From an uncultured Alphaproteobacteria bacterium (lineage in GTDB: Bacteria; Pseudomonadota; Alphaproteobacteria; CAAHEQ01; UBA3637): a stretch of DNA of 33,651 nt. A program made the translations under genes and the position numbers. This document shows positions 18,060-27,427 of the stretch, piece by piece. The stretch covers positions 1 to 33,651 of the forward strand of contig CANREI010000003.1 in the NCBI GenBank assembly GCA_947629595.1, read 5' to 3'. Each line of letters begins with the position of its first letter. Positions within the stretch are counted from its first letter, which is position 1. Below the pieces are notes generated by a model that saw only the letters and a program-made list of their open reading frames with translations, made no database searches and was not told where the DNA came from.

Positions 18060-19733
18060 ATGCTGAAACAAAAATCAAACAAATTCCGTTGGCTGACCGG
18101 TGTTGCATTGGCAACATTTTTTGCAACAAGCGCAACGGCCCAATCAATCTTACCCGCCAACACACAGGCCGAACAATTAAGCGATGCCATTGCGCAAACA
18201 AACGGCGAATTTGATTCGGTGAATTTGGATTACATCCATTCACTGGGTATGCAACAAAAAGCATGGAACGATCCGTTATCACACATGGGCGAAGGACAAT
18301 CCAAACCGGGCTACTCAAAATACACCTGGACGCCTGATGTGATTTTACCCATTCGGCTGCGGGAAGGAATGATGACATTGATTAACCTGCCCACCTGGGA
18401 ATTGATTGAAAAAGTGCATATCGGCTCGCCCGAATCTTTCGGCGGAGAAATTGCTGCCCCCAACTCTTTATTGGTGTATGCCGATCCGTCTTACTTAGGT
18501 GTTGACAGTAATATGATTATTTTCGGACGGTCGGGCAATCGCTACGTTTTCTATTTGCGTTCGGAAACATACAACACGGATAAAATCACGCAATCCGTTG
18601 TTGATGTGTTGGTCGGCCCGCGCTATACGCCCGTTGAAAACGGCGGAAAACTCGGAAATTTTAACGGCGCCTCGATTACGGCTGCCGGTTCAAGCGGATT
18701 GGGCGGTACCGGTTCTGCCAACTGGGCCAGCGGAAATCGAGGTAATGCAAGCACGCCGCCCTCTTCTTCCGGCGGTTCAACCGGCCCCAAAGATTGGTTA
18801 AAAACAATTCCCGTTGATCCGGAAAGTTTCCATTTTGATATTGATATGTATTTACCGAATCCGGAAGATGTTGACATTGCGCCCGATAATATTTGGCGCG
18901 ACAACATTTTCACCTATATTGATTTAGGGCCGAAAGCCTTAACCATGACGCAACGCCCGATTGTTAATCTGGTTGTGCAAGATACGGAAGTACCCGTCGG
19001 ATTTCGCACCAGCGGCCCGAACAGCCGTCTCATTATTGTTGAAGGCATCGGCGATATGGTGTTAAGGAACGGAAAAAAACTGATTTGTTTAAAACTGCGT
19101 CGTGATCCGGCTTCCGGTTTGGAATACACCGATTACAGCGGTGCGCAAAGCAACTCGATTACACATCCTTCTACCATCAGTAAAGAACCGGCAGATATTA
19201 TTCCGTCCAACGTGATGGCCCCGTCGCAAAGCAGTCTTGCCATGGCGAATAATAATGCCACTCAAATTGAAAAATACTTTAACAGCGGCGCTGTCGCCAC
19301 ACCCGCGGTTGCCAATGCACCGCAAAGTGCGGCCGTTATTTATGATCAAAATATGGCACCCCTGCCTTCCATTCCGGCCAATGTCATGAAATCGCCGGCA
19401 GCATCGGCAAACATTGTGGGAGTCATTAAAGATGTGGCTACTCCCGGCCCGTCAACCTCGGCCGCAACCGACAAAGAAACTATTTCCATTGAATTGGGCA
19501 CAAATCCCGATATTTCCGAATTAGAAAGTATTTGGGAATCTATTTATGCGCAAAACAAAGACACATTAAACGGTTATGAACCTTATTATTCGGTCGATAC
19601 AACCGCTGACGGCAACGTTCGGGAGTTATTCCGGTTACGGGTCGGTCCGGTTAAAGATATTCAAACAGCCGATAAGCTCTGTAAAAAATTGGGACGTAAA
19701 GGTTTTTCGTGTTCTGTTATCCGTGTTCAATAA
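18060..19733 (+). CDS. virB9: VirB9/TrbG outer-membrane core protein with C-terminal SPOR domain
   Basis: ATG 18060 after GAGGAG; signal peptide; PIRLREGMMTLI, SNMII..RYVFYL, PDNIWRDNIFTYID, MVLRNG..ICL; C-terminal FRLRVGP..ADKLCKKL...GFSCSV. Confidence 0.85.
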   Translation: MLKQKSNKFRWLTGVALATFFATSATAQSILPANTQAEQLSDAIAQTNGEFDSVNLDYIHSLGMQQKAWNDPLSHMGEGQSKPGYSKYTWTPDVILPIRLREGMMTLINLPTWELIEKVHIGSPESFGGEIAAPNSLLVYADPSYLGVDSNMIIFGRSGNRYVFYLRSETYNTDKITQSVVDVLVGPRYTPVENGGKLGNFNGASITAAGSSGLGGTGSANWASGNRGNASTPPSSSGGSTGPKDWLKTIPVDPESFHFDIDMYLPNPEDVDIAPDNIWRDNIFTYIDLGPKALTMTQRPIVNLVVQDTEVPVGFRTSGPNSRLIIVEGIGDMVLRNGKKLICLKLRRDPASGLEYTDYSGAQSNSITHPSTISKEPADIIPSNVMAPSQSSLAMANNNATQIEKYFNSGAVATPAVANAPQSAAVIYDQNMAPLPSIPANVMKSPAASANIVGVIKDVATPGPSTSAATDKETISIELGTNPDISELESIWESIYAQNKDTLNGYEPYYSVDTTADGNVRELFRLRVGPVKDIQTADKLCKKLGRKGFSCSVIRVQ

Positions 19734-19736
19734 GAA

Positions 19737-19754
19737 AACGGGCTTTTGCCTGTT
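19737..19754 (+). other. Intergenic stem-loop between virB9 and virB10
   Basis: aacgggc-tttt-gcctgtt, no U-tract directly after. Confidence 0.4.
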
Positions 19755-19787
19755 CGGATAGGATCTTTTTTATGAAGTAGGATAAAA

Positions 19788-22700
19788 ATGCAAGGAAACA
19801 AAAGAACAAGCTCGTCAGAGCAATATACAAAAAAAAGCAACCGTACACTCTTATTCGGTGGCATCATTTTACTGCTCGTTTTTTTAACGATGCTTGTTTT
19901 AATGTCGAACGGCAAAAAAGTTCAGGAAGAAGAGCAAGAACCGGATTGGACAAATACTCAAATTGAAGAACGGGAACAAGAAATTCAAAACGGTGATCCC
20001 TTTTCCAGCGGTGATGCCCAATTAAAAGCGGAACCGGCTCAAATTGAAATGAATAATGTTGTGTTGGGCTCCAAAGTGGAAGCTATTTTAACCTTAACGG
20101 CGGAAAAAGCGCCCATCCAATTCAAAAAACTTGAATTTGCCCAACAACAGGCCGACGGGTTTACAACGGAAACAACCTGTTCGCCCGATACACCGATTGA
20201 AGTCGGCAAAAATTGTATTGTGAAAGTGTTATGGAATCCCATTGCCTTGCAACAACTTCAAAATAACCTGGTTATCACGTGGAAAGAAAATTCAACACGT
20301 GTGATTACCGAACAAACAACAACCGTTGTTGTTAAGGGGCAATCCACCGATTCAAAAGATTGCGTTATTTGCGAAGATATTCGGAAAAAAGAAGCCGTTG
20401 AACCGAAAATGGCCATGGGTTTAAACGGAGAGATGTATCCCATTAACGCGGACGACAACACCATTACCATTGACGGGAAAAAGGTTCACATGACCGAAAA
20501 CGGTGTCTTTATTGATGAAGAAGGGAACATTGTTGCCATTGCTCCGCCGGAATATATTGCTTTAAATATGCAAAATGAGCTGATGGGAACGGTTTCCGAC
20601 ACAAATGAAGTGATTGATGCCAACGGTGAAAACGTGGGAAAAACATTGGGTGATAAAACCATTGTCGATTCCAAATTAACCGTTTTAGGGGCGGCGGTTC
20701 CCGTTTTGTCCGTTATGGATACCCAAGGGAAAGTCATCGGTAAAATGACAAAAGAAGGAACGGTTGTTGACGGATCCGGCACCGTTATCGGCAAAGTTTG
20801 GGTTGATCATCAGGTGTTTTCCATCGACGGGCAATTTATGGGCTATATTCGCCCGTGGGGATTGGTTGCCGATTTTTCGGGAAAAATTCTCGGTGCCATT
20901 ATTCCGGACGGAACCGTTATTAACGGTAAAAACGAAACCATCGCCAATATTACGCCGAACGGTTTTGCCATCAATGCCCAAGGAGAGCTGATCGGTGCAA
21001 CCATTCCGGAAGGCGTGGCGGTCGGCCCGGGTTGTCAATCGTTGGGAAAAGTGTTGCAAAACGGTGATGTACGGGATTCTTACGAACAAGTCATCGGAAA
21101 AGCTTTAATTGACGGCACAATCGTCAACACGGCAAACGAAGAAATCGGTTCCGTTATTTCACAAGGGTTGGTTATTAACGAAAAAGGCGAAGTCATCGGT
21201 TATGTCAATTCCGAAGGAAAAGCCGTCAGCAATGCCGGAAAAGTCATCGGTTGTATCAATCCCGACGGCACCATTTCTGCCGGTAAAAAGTTTATCGGTG
21301 CCGTTTTAAGCAAAGGGCATGTCATCGGCTATTCCTGCGGAACAATCGGAACGGTTTTCCCTTCCGGTGAAGTGTTTAATAATGCCTTGCATCCGGTGGG
21401 ACGTGTTATGCCGGACGGACTTGTTAAAAGCGCCGAAAATAAAATTATCGGTATGGTGGTAACGCGGGCGGCTGCCGTGGCCGACGGTTGTCGGTTATTG
21501 GGACTTGTTTCCGTTAACGGGCAAGTGTTGGATTTGGCCAATCAGCCCGTCGGTTGTGTTACACCGGAAAAAACGGTTATCAATGATAAAGGCGACGTGT
21601 TGGGCAGTTTGGCACCGCGCGGCGTTGTTCATAAAGATGACGGAACAGTGCTGGGACGTATTCGTTTAGACGGTAAAGTTATGGATATGGAAGGCAAGGT
21701 TATCGGTTGTGTGAATGCGGACGGCTCCGTTACTTCTTTAACGGGTGAAATTCTGGCACAAGCCCCGACCAAAGACGGTATTATTATGGGAGATGACGGG
21801 AATCCGACCGGTTGGACAAGAGTCGGAAACGATATTATTGATCAATACGGGAATAAAATCGGAACGGTTAACAAAAATAATGCTATTGTCGATGCAACAG
21901 GCAAATATATCGGCTTTATTCCGCCCGACGGCTCTATTTTCTCTCCGGACGGATTGATTTTAGGTCGCTATTCCTCCAAAGTCGGATATGCGACCAATCA
22001 GGCAAACGAACGATTCGGAAAAGTGTTGTCGAATATGGTTGTTGTCAGTGCCGAAACGGGGGAAGTTGTCGGCGGTCTCATTAAAGATAAAACAACCTTT
22101 ATCAATCAAGCCGGACAAATTATCGGCACGTTAACGGCGGAAGGTATTTTAAAGAACACCGCCGGTGAAGTGGCGGGAGCGGTTCGCGGTGACGGAACGG
22201 TTATTGACAAAGACGGCAATATTATCGGCTGGCAAGTGCCGACGGGTGATGTGTTTTCAACAACCGGAAAATTTGTGGGAACGGCCATGGAATCGGGCGA
22301 AGTGTTTTCAACCGGTCACACAAAAATCGGAACAATTCTCGGAAACGGCATTGCTATTTCGACGGACGGAAAAATTTTAGGCGGTGTCTTGCCCAAAATG
22401 GCGCTGGCTATGGATGCCGACGGACTTGTCGGTTATTTGGCGCCCGACGGAAAAGTAACAAACACAACGGGTGCCGTTGTCGGACAAGGATCACCGTTCG
22501 GGCCGGTTATTTCTCCGGAAGGAGCGGTTATTGCCAAACTGGTCGGTTTAAATGTGTATGTTGATGCCCACAACAAAACCGTCGGCTGGGTATCGTTTGA
22601 GGGAACACTTAAAAACAAAGAAAATCGTGATATCGGTTTCGTAACCCCGAACAGAATGGCTTTCGATAAATCAAATCAATTGTTGGGATCCGAAATTCAA

Positions 22701-25700
22701 ACCGGTGTTGTGATTGATGAAACGGGACAAATGGTCTCGGTGATGGCCGTTAACAATAAAGTGTTGCAAAAAGACAGATTCTTGGGTGCCGGTTCCGCTT
22801 CACCTTATGTTTATGCCACCGATGACCGACCGATGGGACGTGTTTTACAACCCGGTGTCGGTATCGGAAACGACGGCTTGTTAATCGGTTGGACAAGAAC
22901 GGACGGTTCTATCGGAACACAAAGCGATTCGCTCGGAAACGTGTTGTTTGATAATCATATTATTAACGAAAAAGGAATGATTATCGGAACTTATGTGCCG
23001 TTCGGTGCCGTTGCTTTTTCCGATGAAGGGAAAACAATCGGCGTGATTGGCAAAAACGGGGAATTGGTAAACGATAACGATATTTCCAAAGGCAAAATCC
23101 ACGCGGCGGATTTAGTGGTTCAAAACGGTGAGATTTCAGGCAAACTCATGTGCGAACTGCCCTTTGTCAGCAATAATTTACTGGGCAAAATGTCGGGGCT
23201 TTCTCAATATACCGGCGAAGTGATCAGTCTGGCGAATAAAAAGAATATCGGAAACTTATTACCGAATGATTATGTCACAAGTATGAACGGACAAATCAGT
23301 GCCGGTTTAACGGCGCAGGGAACACCCGTCACAAACTCTTATACCTCATTGGGACAAGCTTATGTAAACGGTACAACGGCGTTAAAAAACAATCCGACGG
23401 GAGAAGTCAGCGGCATTAAAGTTATTTATGACAATACCGGCAAAGTTATCGGCAGCATTTTACCGGCGGCAACCTTTATCAGCAGAACGGGAAATTTCAT
23501 CGGTAAAACAGCTGCAAGTCGAATTGTGACAGACCGAAAAGGAAAGCAAGCGGCTTTGCAAATGAACTTCGGCTATGCCTTAACAAGTGATAATATTTGG
23601 GCGGGCGGTATTTTACCGAAAGGATTGGCCGTGAATGATGACGCCGAAGCCATCGGTACAATTATGCCGGACGGTATTGTTTTAGACAGTGCCGATTCGA
23701 TTGTCGGCCGCGTTTTGGCTGACAGTGCCGTCATTGAAGTAACCGATAAAGAACTCTTTAATACCATGCCTTATGCCGGTTCCGTTGTGGCACAGGGTAT
23801 GCCGTTCAGCTATCGGGGTAAAGTATTGGGTGTGACAACTTTAAACGGTGCTGTTAAAGACACATCGGGCAACAAGATTTTCAAAATATTGGATGACGGA
23901 ACAATTTTAGGCAAAGATGAACCGTTGGCCGGTGCCGTTTTACCGTTTACAACCGCGACCGGATATAAAGGCGAAGTGTTGGGAGCTTTGGCCGGCGACG
24001 GTAAAGTTTTATCACCGGACGGTGATTCGAAAGGAACAATTGCCGTGAATGAAACGGTCAAAGCATCCGAATTAAAAATTGTCGGTGCATTGGTTCCGTC
24101 ACGGTTAATCACCAACGATTGTAAAGTTGTGGGCGTAACCAGTTATAACGGACAGGTCGTTGATGCCAACGGAACGGTTGTCGGTTATGTTAAACCCGAT
24201 AAATGGGCCGTTAATGCGGCCGGGCAACAAATCGGCCGCGTGACCCGTTCCGGTTTGGTGATTGCCGAAAACGGCGATTATCTCGGCAGAACGCTGCCCG
24301 ATTCCACAGTGGTTGATTTAGCCGGCGTCAATATGGGTTGCGCAAAAAATGACGGTTCGGTTGTTGACAATAACGGAAATGTTATCGGAAATATTGTTGA
24401 ACGCGGTCTTGTTTTAGGTAAAGACGGAAAGCCTATCGGTCGAATTAAAGCGACCGGCCAAGTTGTGAATAAAGACGGCGAAGTCATCGGTAAAGTTTTA
24501 GCCAACGGTGATGTGGTTGATAACGAGGGCAATGTTATCGGACATAATGTTTCCCGTGATCAAGAATTGTTGTTTGACGAAAAAGGGAATATTAAAGGAA
24601 CTTTCGGAACGGACGGCACTTTCTATGATCCGAAAACAGGGAAAGCCGTTTTCAAAGTTGACGGCGAAACGGGCAATGTTTATGATCCGCAAGGAAATCT
24701 CATCGGAAAGTTGGATGAAAAAACCGGTAATATTACCACATTAGACGGAGAAACACTTGACAATCTCACCATGTTGGTTGATAAAGACGGGCATGTGTTC
24801 GGTATTGTTTCGGGTTGTGATGTTAAAAACAATCTGGGTGAAAAAATCGGCTCCATTTTGGCCAACGGAAACGTGGTGGATTTAAACGGTGATGTTTTTG
24901 CCAAAATTTTGGGTGACGGTACCATTTTGGATAAAGACGGAAACGAAATGGGGCGTGTTGCCGGAACTGATACCCGCTTAGATAAATGCGGCATTAAATC
25001 GGTTGATTCCATTGACAGTATTGATAAGAGCGATATCGGCGGTAGCGGTACCGAAATAGCGGGACGGAAAATCATTATCGGCAACCAAAAATATAACGTT
25101 TCCGAAAAAGGCTCCATCATCAGCGATGACGGAACAATTATCGGTTATATGGGTGAAGACGGCAAGCCTTATACGTTGGATAATCGGATATTAACGACCA
25201 GCGGCGATGTGGCAGGACGTTCGCGTCCGGATGTGAAGCAAACACAGAAGTTAACACCGGAACAAGTGCAACAAATTAAAGATTTATTGACACAAAAACG
25301 GGAAAGTATGCGTGCCGGCATTACCGAACGCGGCAAAATTACGGCAAACGGACAAATTCAAGCCATGAGTCGTCCCAAAAAAGACAAAAAATGGAAAGGC
25401 GTGGGCGCTATTGTTTCCTCATGGCCGGTTGATATGTCTCGCGTGATTTTAAAGGATAAAGCCATTCCTGCCGTTATTGTTCGATCGGTGGATTCGCGGT
25501 TCTCCGATGTGCCGGTTACGGCTATTGTGGAACGACATGTCTATGCCGAACAAGGACGCAACATTCTCATTCCGGCCGGCAGCCGTGTCATCGGTAAAAT
25601 GTCGCAAGGCGATAACGGCGGTAAAGTGGCCAAAATGGAAATCACTTGGGAGCGTCTTATTCGTCCCGACGGCGGTGCATTCAGCTTTGCGGCAACCTCG

Positions 25701-26393
25701 GGTGATGCGCAGGGACGCGGCGGCGTTGCGGCTTATTTGGATGATCAGCTGATTAACAAATACGGTAAGCCGGTTATGACGTCTGTCGTTACATCGGCCA
25801 TTTCATATATGATGGCTGCCAACGATGACTATCAGGCGGATTTAGAATCGGGAACAACATCGCAATCTTCCAAATCGCAAGCTGCGAATGATGCCCGTCA
25901 GAACTTTATTGATGCCATGGATCGAATCTTTAATAACTTAATTCAGGAAGCAACGGAAATTCCGAATGTTGTCTTTGTGCCGTCCGGCACACGGGTGACT
26001 ATTTTCTCCGATCAGGATTTGTGGCTCCGTTCGGAAGATGATGATGTGGAGGAATATCAAAACTCGGAAGATTTTGTTGATACAACACAAATGCAAAAAC
26101 CGCAAACGGGTTCGTGGGTTGATAAACGAAATCAAGAAAGTTCTTCCGAAGAAGATAGTAACAACACGTCTGCCAATAAAACGGAAAGTAATAACAGCGA
26201 GGCCGAACAACAAAAAGAAGAACTGCCGAATTATTACGCACCGAATAATGCTTATAAAGAAGGCAGTAATTCTTCTGCCATACCGTCCAATCCCGTTTAT
26301 GACGGCAGTACGCCAACGGAAAACGTACCGCTTAAAGACAGAACCGTTGCGCCGGTCTTGCCGAAAACAGGATCAACAGGTTCTTTATTTTGA
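19788..26393 (+). CDS. virB10: Giant VirB10/TrbI (2201 aa): TM anchor, Ig-like domain, ~30 x 51-aa repeats, TrbI domain, acidic tail
   Basis: C-terminal IPAVI..VDS..VTAIVERHVY..GRNILIPAGSRVIG..ITWERLIRPDG..DAQGRGG..VPSGTRVTIF..DL; between virB9 and virB11. Confidence 0.92.
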   Translation: MQGNKRTSSSEQYTKKSNRTLLFGGIILLLVFLTMLVLMSNGKKVQEEEQEPDWTNTQIEEREQEIQNGDPFSSGDAQLKAEPAQIEMNNVVLGSKVEAILTLTAEKAPIQFKKLEFAQQQADGFTTETTCSPDTPIEVGKNCIVKVLWNPIALQQLQNNLVITWKENSTRVITEQTTTVVVKGQSTDSKDCVICEDIRKKEAVEPKMAMGLNGEMYPINADDNTITIDGKKVHMTENGVFIDEEGNIVAIAPPEYIALNMQNELMGTVSDTNEVIDANGENVGKTLGDKTIVDSKLTVLGAAVPVLSVMDTQGKVIGKMTKEGTVVDGSGTVIGKVWVDHQVFSIDGQFMGYIRPWGLVADFSGKILGAIIPDGTVINGKNETIANITPNGFAINAQGELIGATIPEGVAVGPGCQSLGKVLQNGDVRDSYEQVIGKALIDGTIVNTANEEIGSVISQGLVINEKGEVIGYVNSEGKAVSNAGKVIGCINPDGTISAGKKFIGAVLSKGHVIGYSCGTIGTVFPSGEVFNNALHPVGRVMPDGLVKSAENKIIGMVVTRAAAVADGCRLLGLVSVNGQVLDLANQPVGCVTPEKTVINDKGDVLGSLAPRGVVHKDDGTVLGRIRLDGKVMDMEGKVIGCVNADGSVTSLTGEILAQAPTKDGIIMGDDGNPTGWTRVGNDIIDQYGNKIGTVNKNNAIVDATGKYIGFIPPDGSIFSPDGLILGRYSSKVGYATNQANERFGKVLSNMVVVSAETGEVVGGLIKDKTTFINQAGQIIGTLTAEGILKNTAGEVAGAVRGDGTVIDKDGNIIGWQVPTGDVFSTTGKFVGTAMESGEVFSTGHTKIGTILGNGIAISTDGKILGGVLPKMALAMDADGLVGYLAPDGKVTNTTGAVVGQGSPFGPVISPEGAVIAKLVGLNVYVDAHNKTVGWVSFEGTLKNKENRDIGFVTPNRMAFDKSNQLLGSEIQTGVVIDETGQMVSVMAVNNKVLQKDRFLGAGSASPYVYATDDRPMGRVLQPGVGIGNDGLLIGWTRTDGSIGTQSDSLGNVLFDNHIINEKGMIIGTYVPFGAVAFSDEGKTIGVIGKNGELVNDNDISKGKIHAADLVVQNGEISGKLMCELPFVSNNLLGKMSGLSQYTGEVISLANKKNIGNLLPNDYVTSMNGQISAGLTAQGTPVTNSYTSLGQAYVNGTTALKNNPTGEVSGIKVIYDNTGKVIGSILPAATFISRTGNFIGKTAASRIVTDRKGKQAALQMNFGYALTSDNIWAGGILPKGLAVNDDAEAIGTIMPDGIVLDSADSIVGRVLADSAVIEVTDKELFNTMPYAGSVVAQGMPFSYRGKVLGVTTLNGAVKDTSGNKIFKILDDGTILGKDEPLAGAVLPFTTATGYKGEVLGALAGDGKVLSPDGDSKGTIAVNETVKASELKIVGALVPSRLITNDCKVVGVTSYNGQVVDANGTVVGYVKPDKWAVNAAGQQIGRVTRSGLVIAENGDYLGRTLPDSTVVDLAGVNMGCAKNDGSVVDNNGNVIGNIVERGLVLGKDGKPIGRIKATGQVVNKDGEVIGKVLANGDVVDNEGNVIGHNVSRDQELLFDEKGNIKGTFGTDGTFYDPKTGKAVFKVDGETGNVYDPQGNLIGKLDEKTGNITTLDGETLDNLTMLVDKDGHVFGIVSGCDVKNNLGEKIGSILANGNVVDLNGDVFAKILGDGTILDKDGNEMGRVAGTDTRLDKCGIKSVDSIDSIDKSDIGGSGTEIAGRKIIIGNQKYNVSEKGSIISDDGTIIGYMGEDGKPYTLDNRILTTSGDVAGRSRPDVKQTQKLTPEQVQQIKDLLTQKRESMRAGITERGKITANGQIQAMSRPKKDKKWKGVGAIVSSWPVDMSRVILKDKAIPAVIVRSVDSRFSDVPVTAIVERHVYAEQGRNILIPAGSRVIGKMSQGDNGGKVAKMEITWERLIRPDGGAFSFAATSGDAQGRGGVAAYLDDQLINKYGKPVMTSVVTSAISYMMAANDDYQADLESGTTSQSSKSQAANDARQNFIDAMDRIFNNLIQEATEIPNVVFVPSGTRVTIFSDQDLWLRSEDDDVEEYQNSEDFVDTTQMQKPQTGSWVDKRNQESSSEEDSNNTSANKTESNNSEAEQQKEELPNYYAPNNAYKEGSNSSAIPSNPVYDGSTPTENVPLKDRTVAPVLPKTGSTGSLF
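20553..25200 (+). repeat. Protein-level tandem repeat, ~153-bp (51-aa) period built from three ~17-aa DGxVxDxxGxVIG units
   Basis: Equivalent positions at 20553, 20706, 20859, 21012, 21165, 21315, 21468, 21621, 21777, 21930, 22245, 22398; DNA copies are diverged. Confidence 0.85.
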
Positions 26394-26419
26394 CAACGGG
26401 GAAAAAGTTATTATATAAA
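26390..26419 (+). promoter_or_regulatory. Putative internal promoter for virB11 overlapping the virB10 stop codon
   Basis: TTGACA-18 bp-TATAAA. Confidence 0.45.
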
Positions 26420-26434
26420 AGAAAGGGATATTGA

Positions 26435-27424
26435 ATGGGCGAGTTATCAATTTCAGATACATATCGGGTATTAGAATCCGCACTGCGTCCGCTTTCTTAT
26501 TGGTATAATCAAGATAACGTGGAAGAAGTGGCGGTTGATTCGCCGGGCGGCATTTGGCTGCGTCTGCGCGGCAAACACACCTATCCGTGGCACTATTATG
26601 AAGATCCGAAACTCACACGAGAATATTTGAACAATATTTTATATATTATTGCCAACTCTTACGATTATGCTTTTGATCCCGATCAAGGCACGCCTGTTGT
26701 TTACGCAACGCTTCCCGGCGGACACCGTTTTACGGGCATTGCCGGACGAAACGTGATGTATGATAATAACGATTTAACGGGCGGTATTGCCTTGGCCATT
26801 CGTATTTATCGGGAAGACTTATCCATTTCCATGAGTGATTTCGGTATTCAGCAAGGCGCACGGCTTCGGCCGTTAAACCGATTAAAACAGGTTGAAGATC
26901 CGGATGATCCGTTCGATCGATTATTGCTCTCCATTAAACGCGGCGATCACGTTTTGGTCAGCGGGGCAACGGCAACCGGTAAAACAACGTTTTTAAATAA
27001 CCTGATTAAACTGTTGGATCCGCATAAGCGCATTTTAACCATTGAAGATACGCGCGAATTAATTGTGCCGCATAAAAATCGGGTGCATATTGTGTTACCG
27101 CGTACGGAACTCACGAACAAGTTTGACTATAAACGCGTGATTGACTTGGCGGTACGCTTTACGCCCGATGCCATCATCGGCGGTGAAATTTCCACTTCGA
27201 ATGCCGGTGCTTTGTGGGAATTGATGGGATCCGGTCACGATAACTGCTTTGCCACCATTCACGCCGAAAGCCCCGAAGCGGCCTATAAGGCGTTTATCGG
27301 GCGTATTTTACACTCTTATCCCACAACCGATCGGGAAAAAACCTATCGGGAAATGAAAGAGAAATTGCGTGTTGTTCAAATCAATCGTGACGGCAACATT
27401 CGGGCGGTTACGGAAGTAACTTAA
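26435..27424 (+). CDS. virB11: Type IV secretion ATPase VirB11
   Basis: Walker A VSGATATGKTT, Asp box ILTIEDTREL, Walker B PDAIIGGE, His box SGH...ATIHA. Confidence 0.9.
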   Translation: MGELSISDTYRVLESALRPLSYWYNQDNVEEVAVDSPGGIWLRLRGKHTYPWHYYEDPKLTREYLNNILYIIANSYDYAFDPDQGTPVVYATLPGGHRFTGIAGRNVMYDNNDLTGGIALAIRIYREDLSISMSDFGIQQGARLRPLNRLKQVEDPDDPFDRLLLSIKRGDHVLVSGATATGKTTFLNNLIKLLDPHKRILTIEDTRELIVPHKNRVHIVLPRTELTNKFDYKRVIDLAVRFTPDAIIGGEISTSNAGALWELMGSGHDNCFATIHAESPEAAYKAFIGRILHSYPTTDREKTYREMKEKLRVVQINRDGNIRAVTEVT

Positions 27425-27427
27425 TGC

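Noticed and set aside
19788-26393. Autotransporter, RTX or hemagglutinin adhesin; or a CagY-like recombination rheostat
   Set aside because: It has an N-terminal TM anchor and a C-terminal TrbI domain with no barrel or RTX nonamers. I saw no long exact DNA repeats that would drive frequent recombination
26435-27424. CpaF/TadA pilus ATPase
   Set aside because: About 330 aa long, directly after virB10, and no tad genes nearby, all of which favour VirB11
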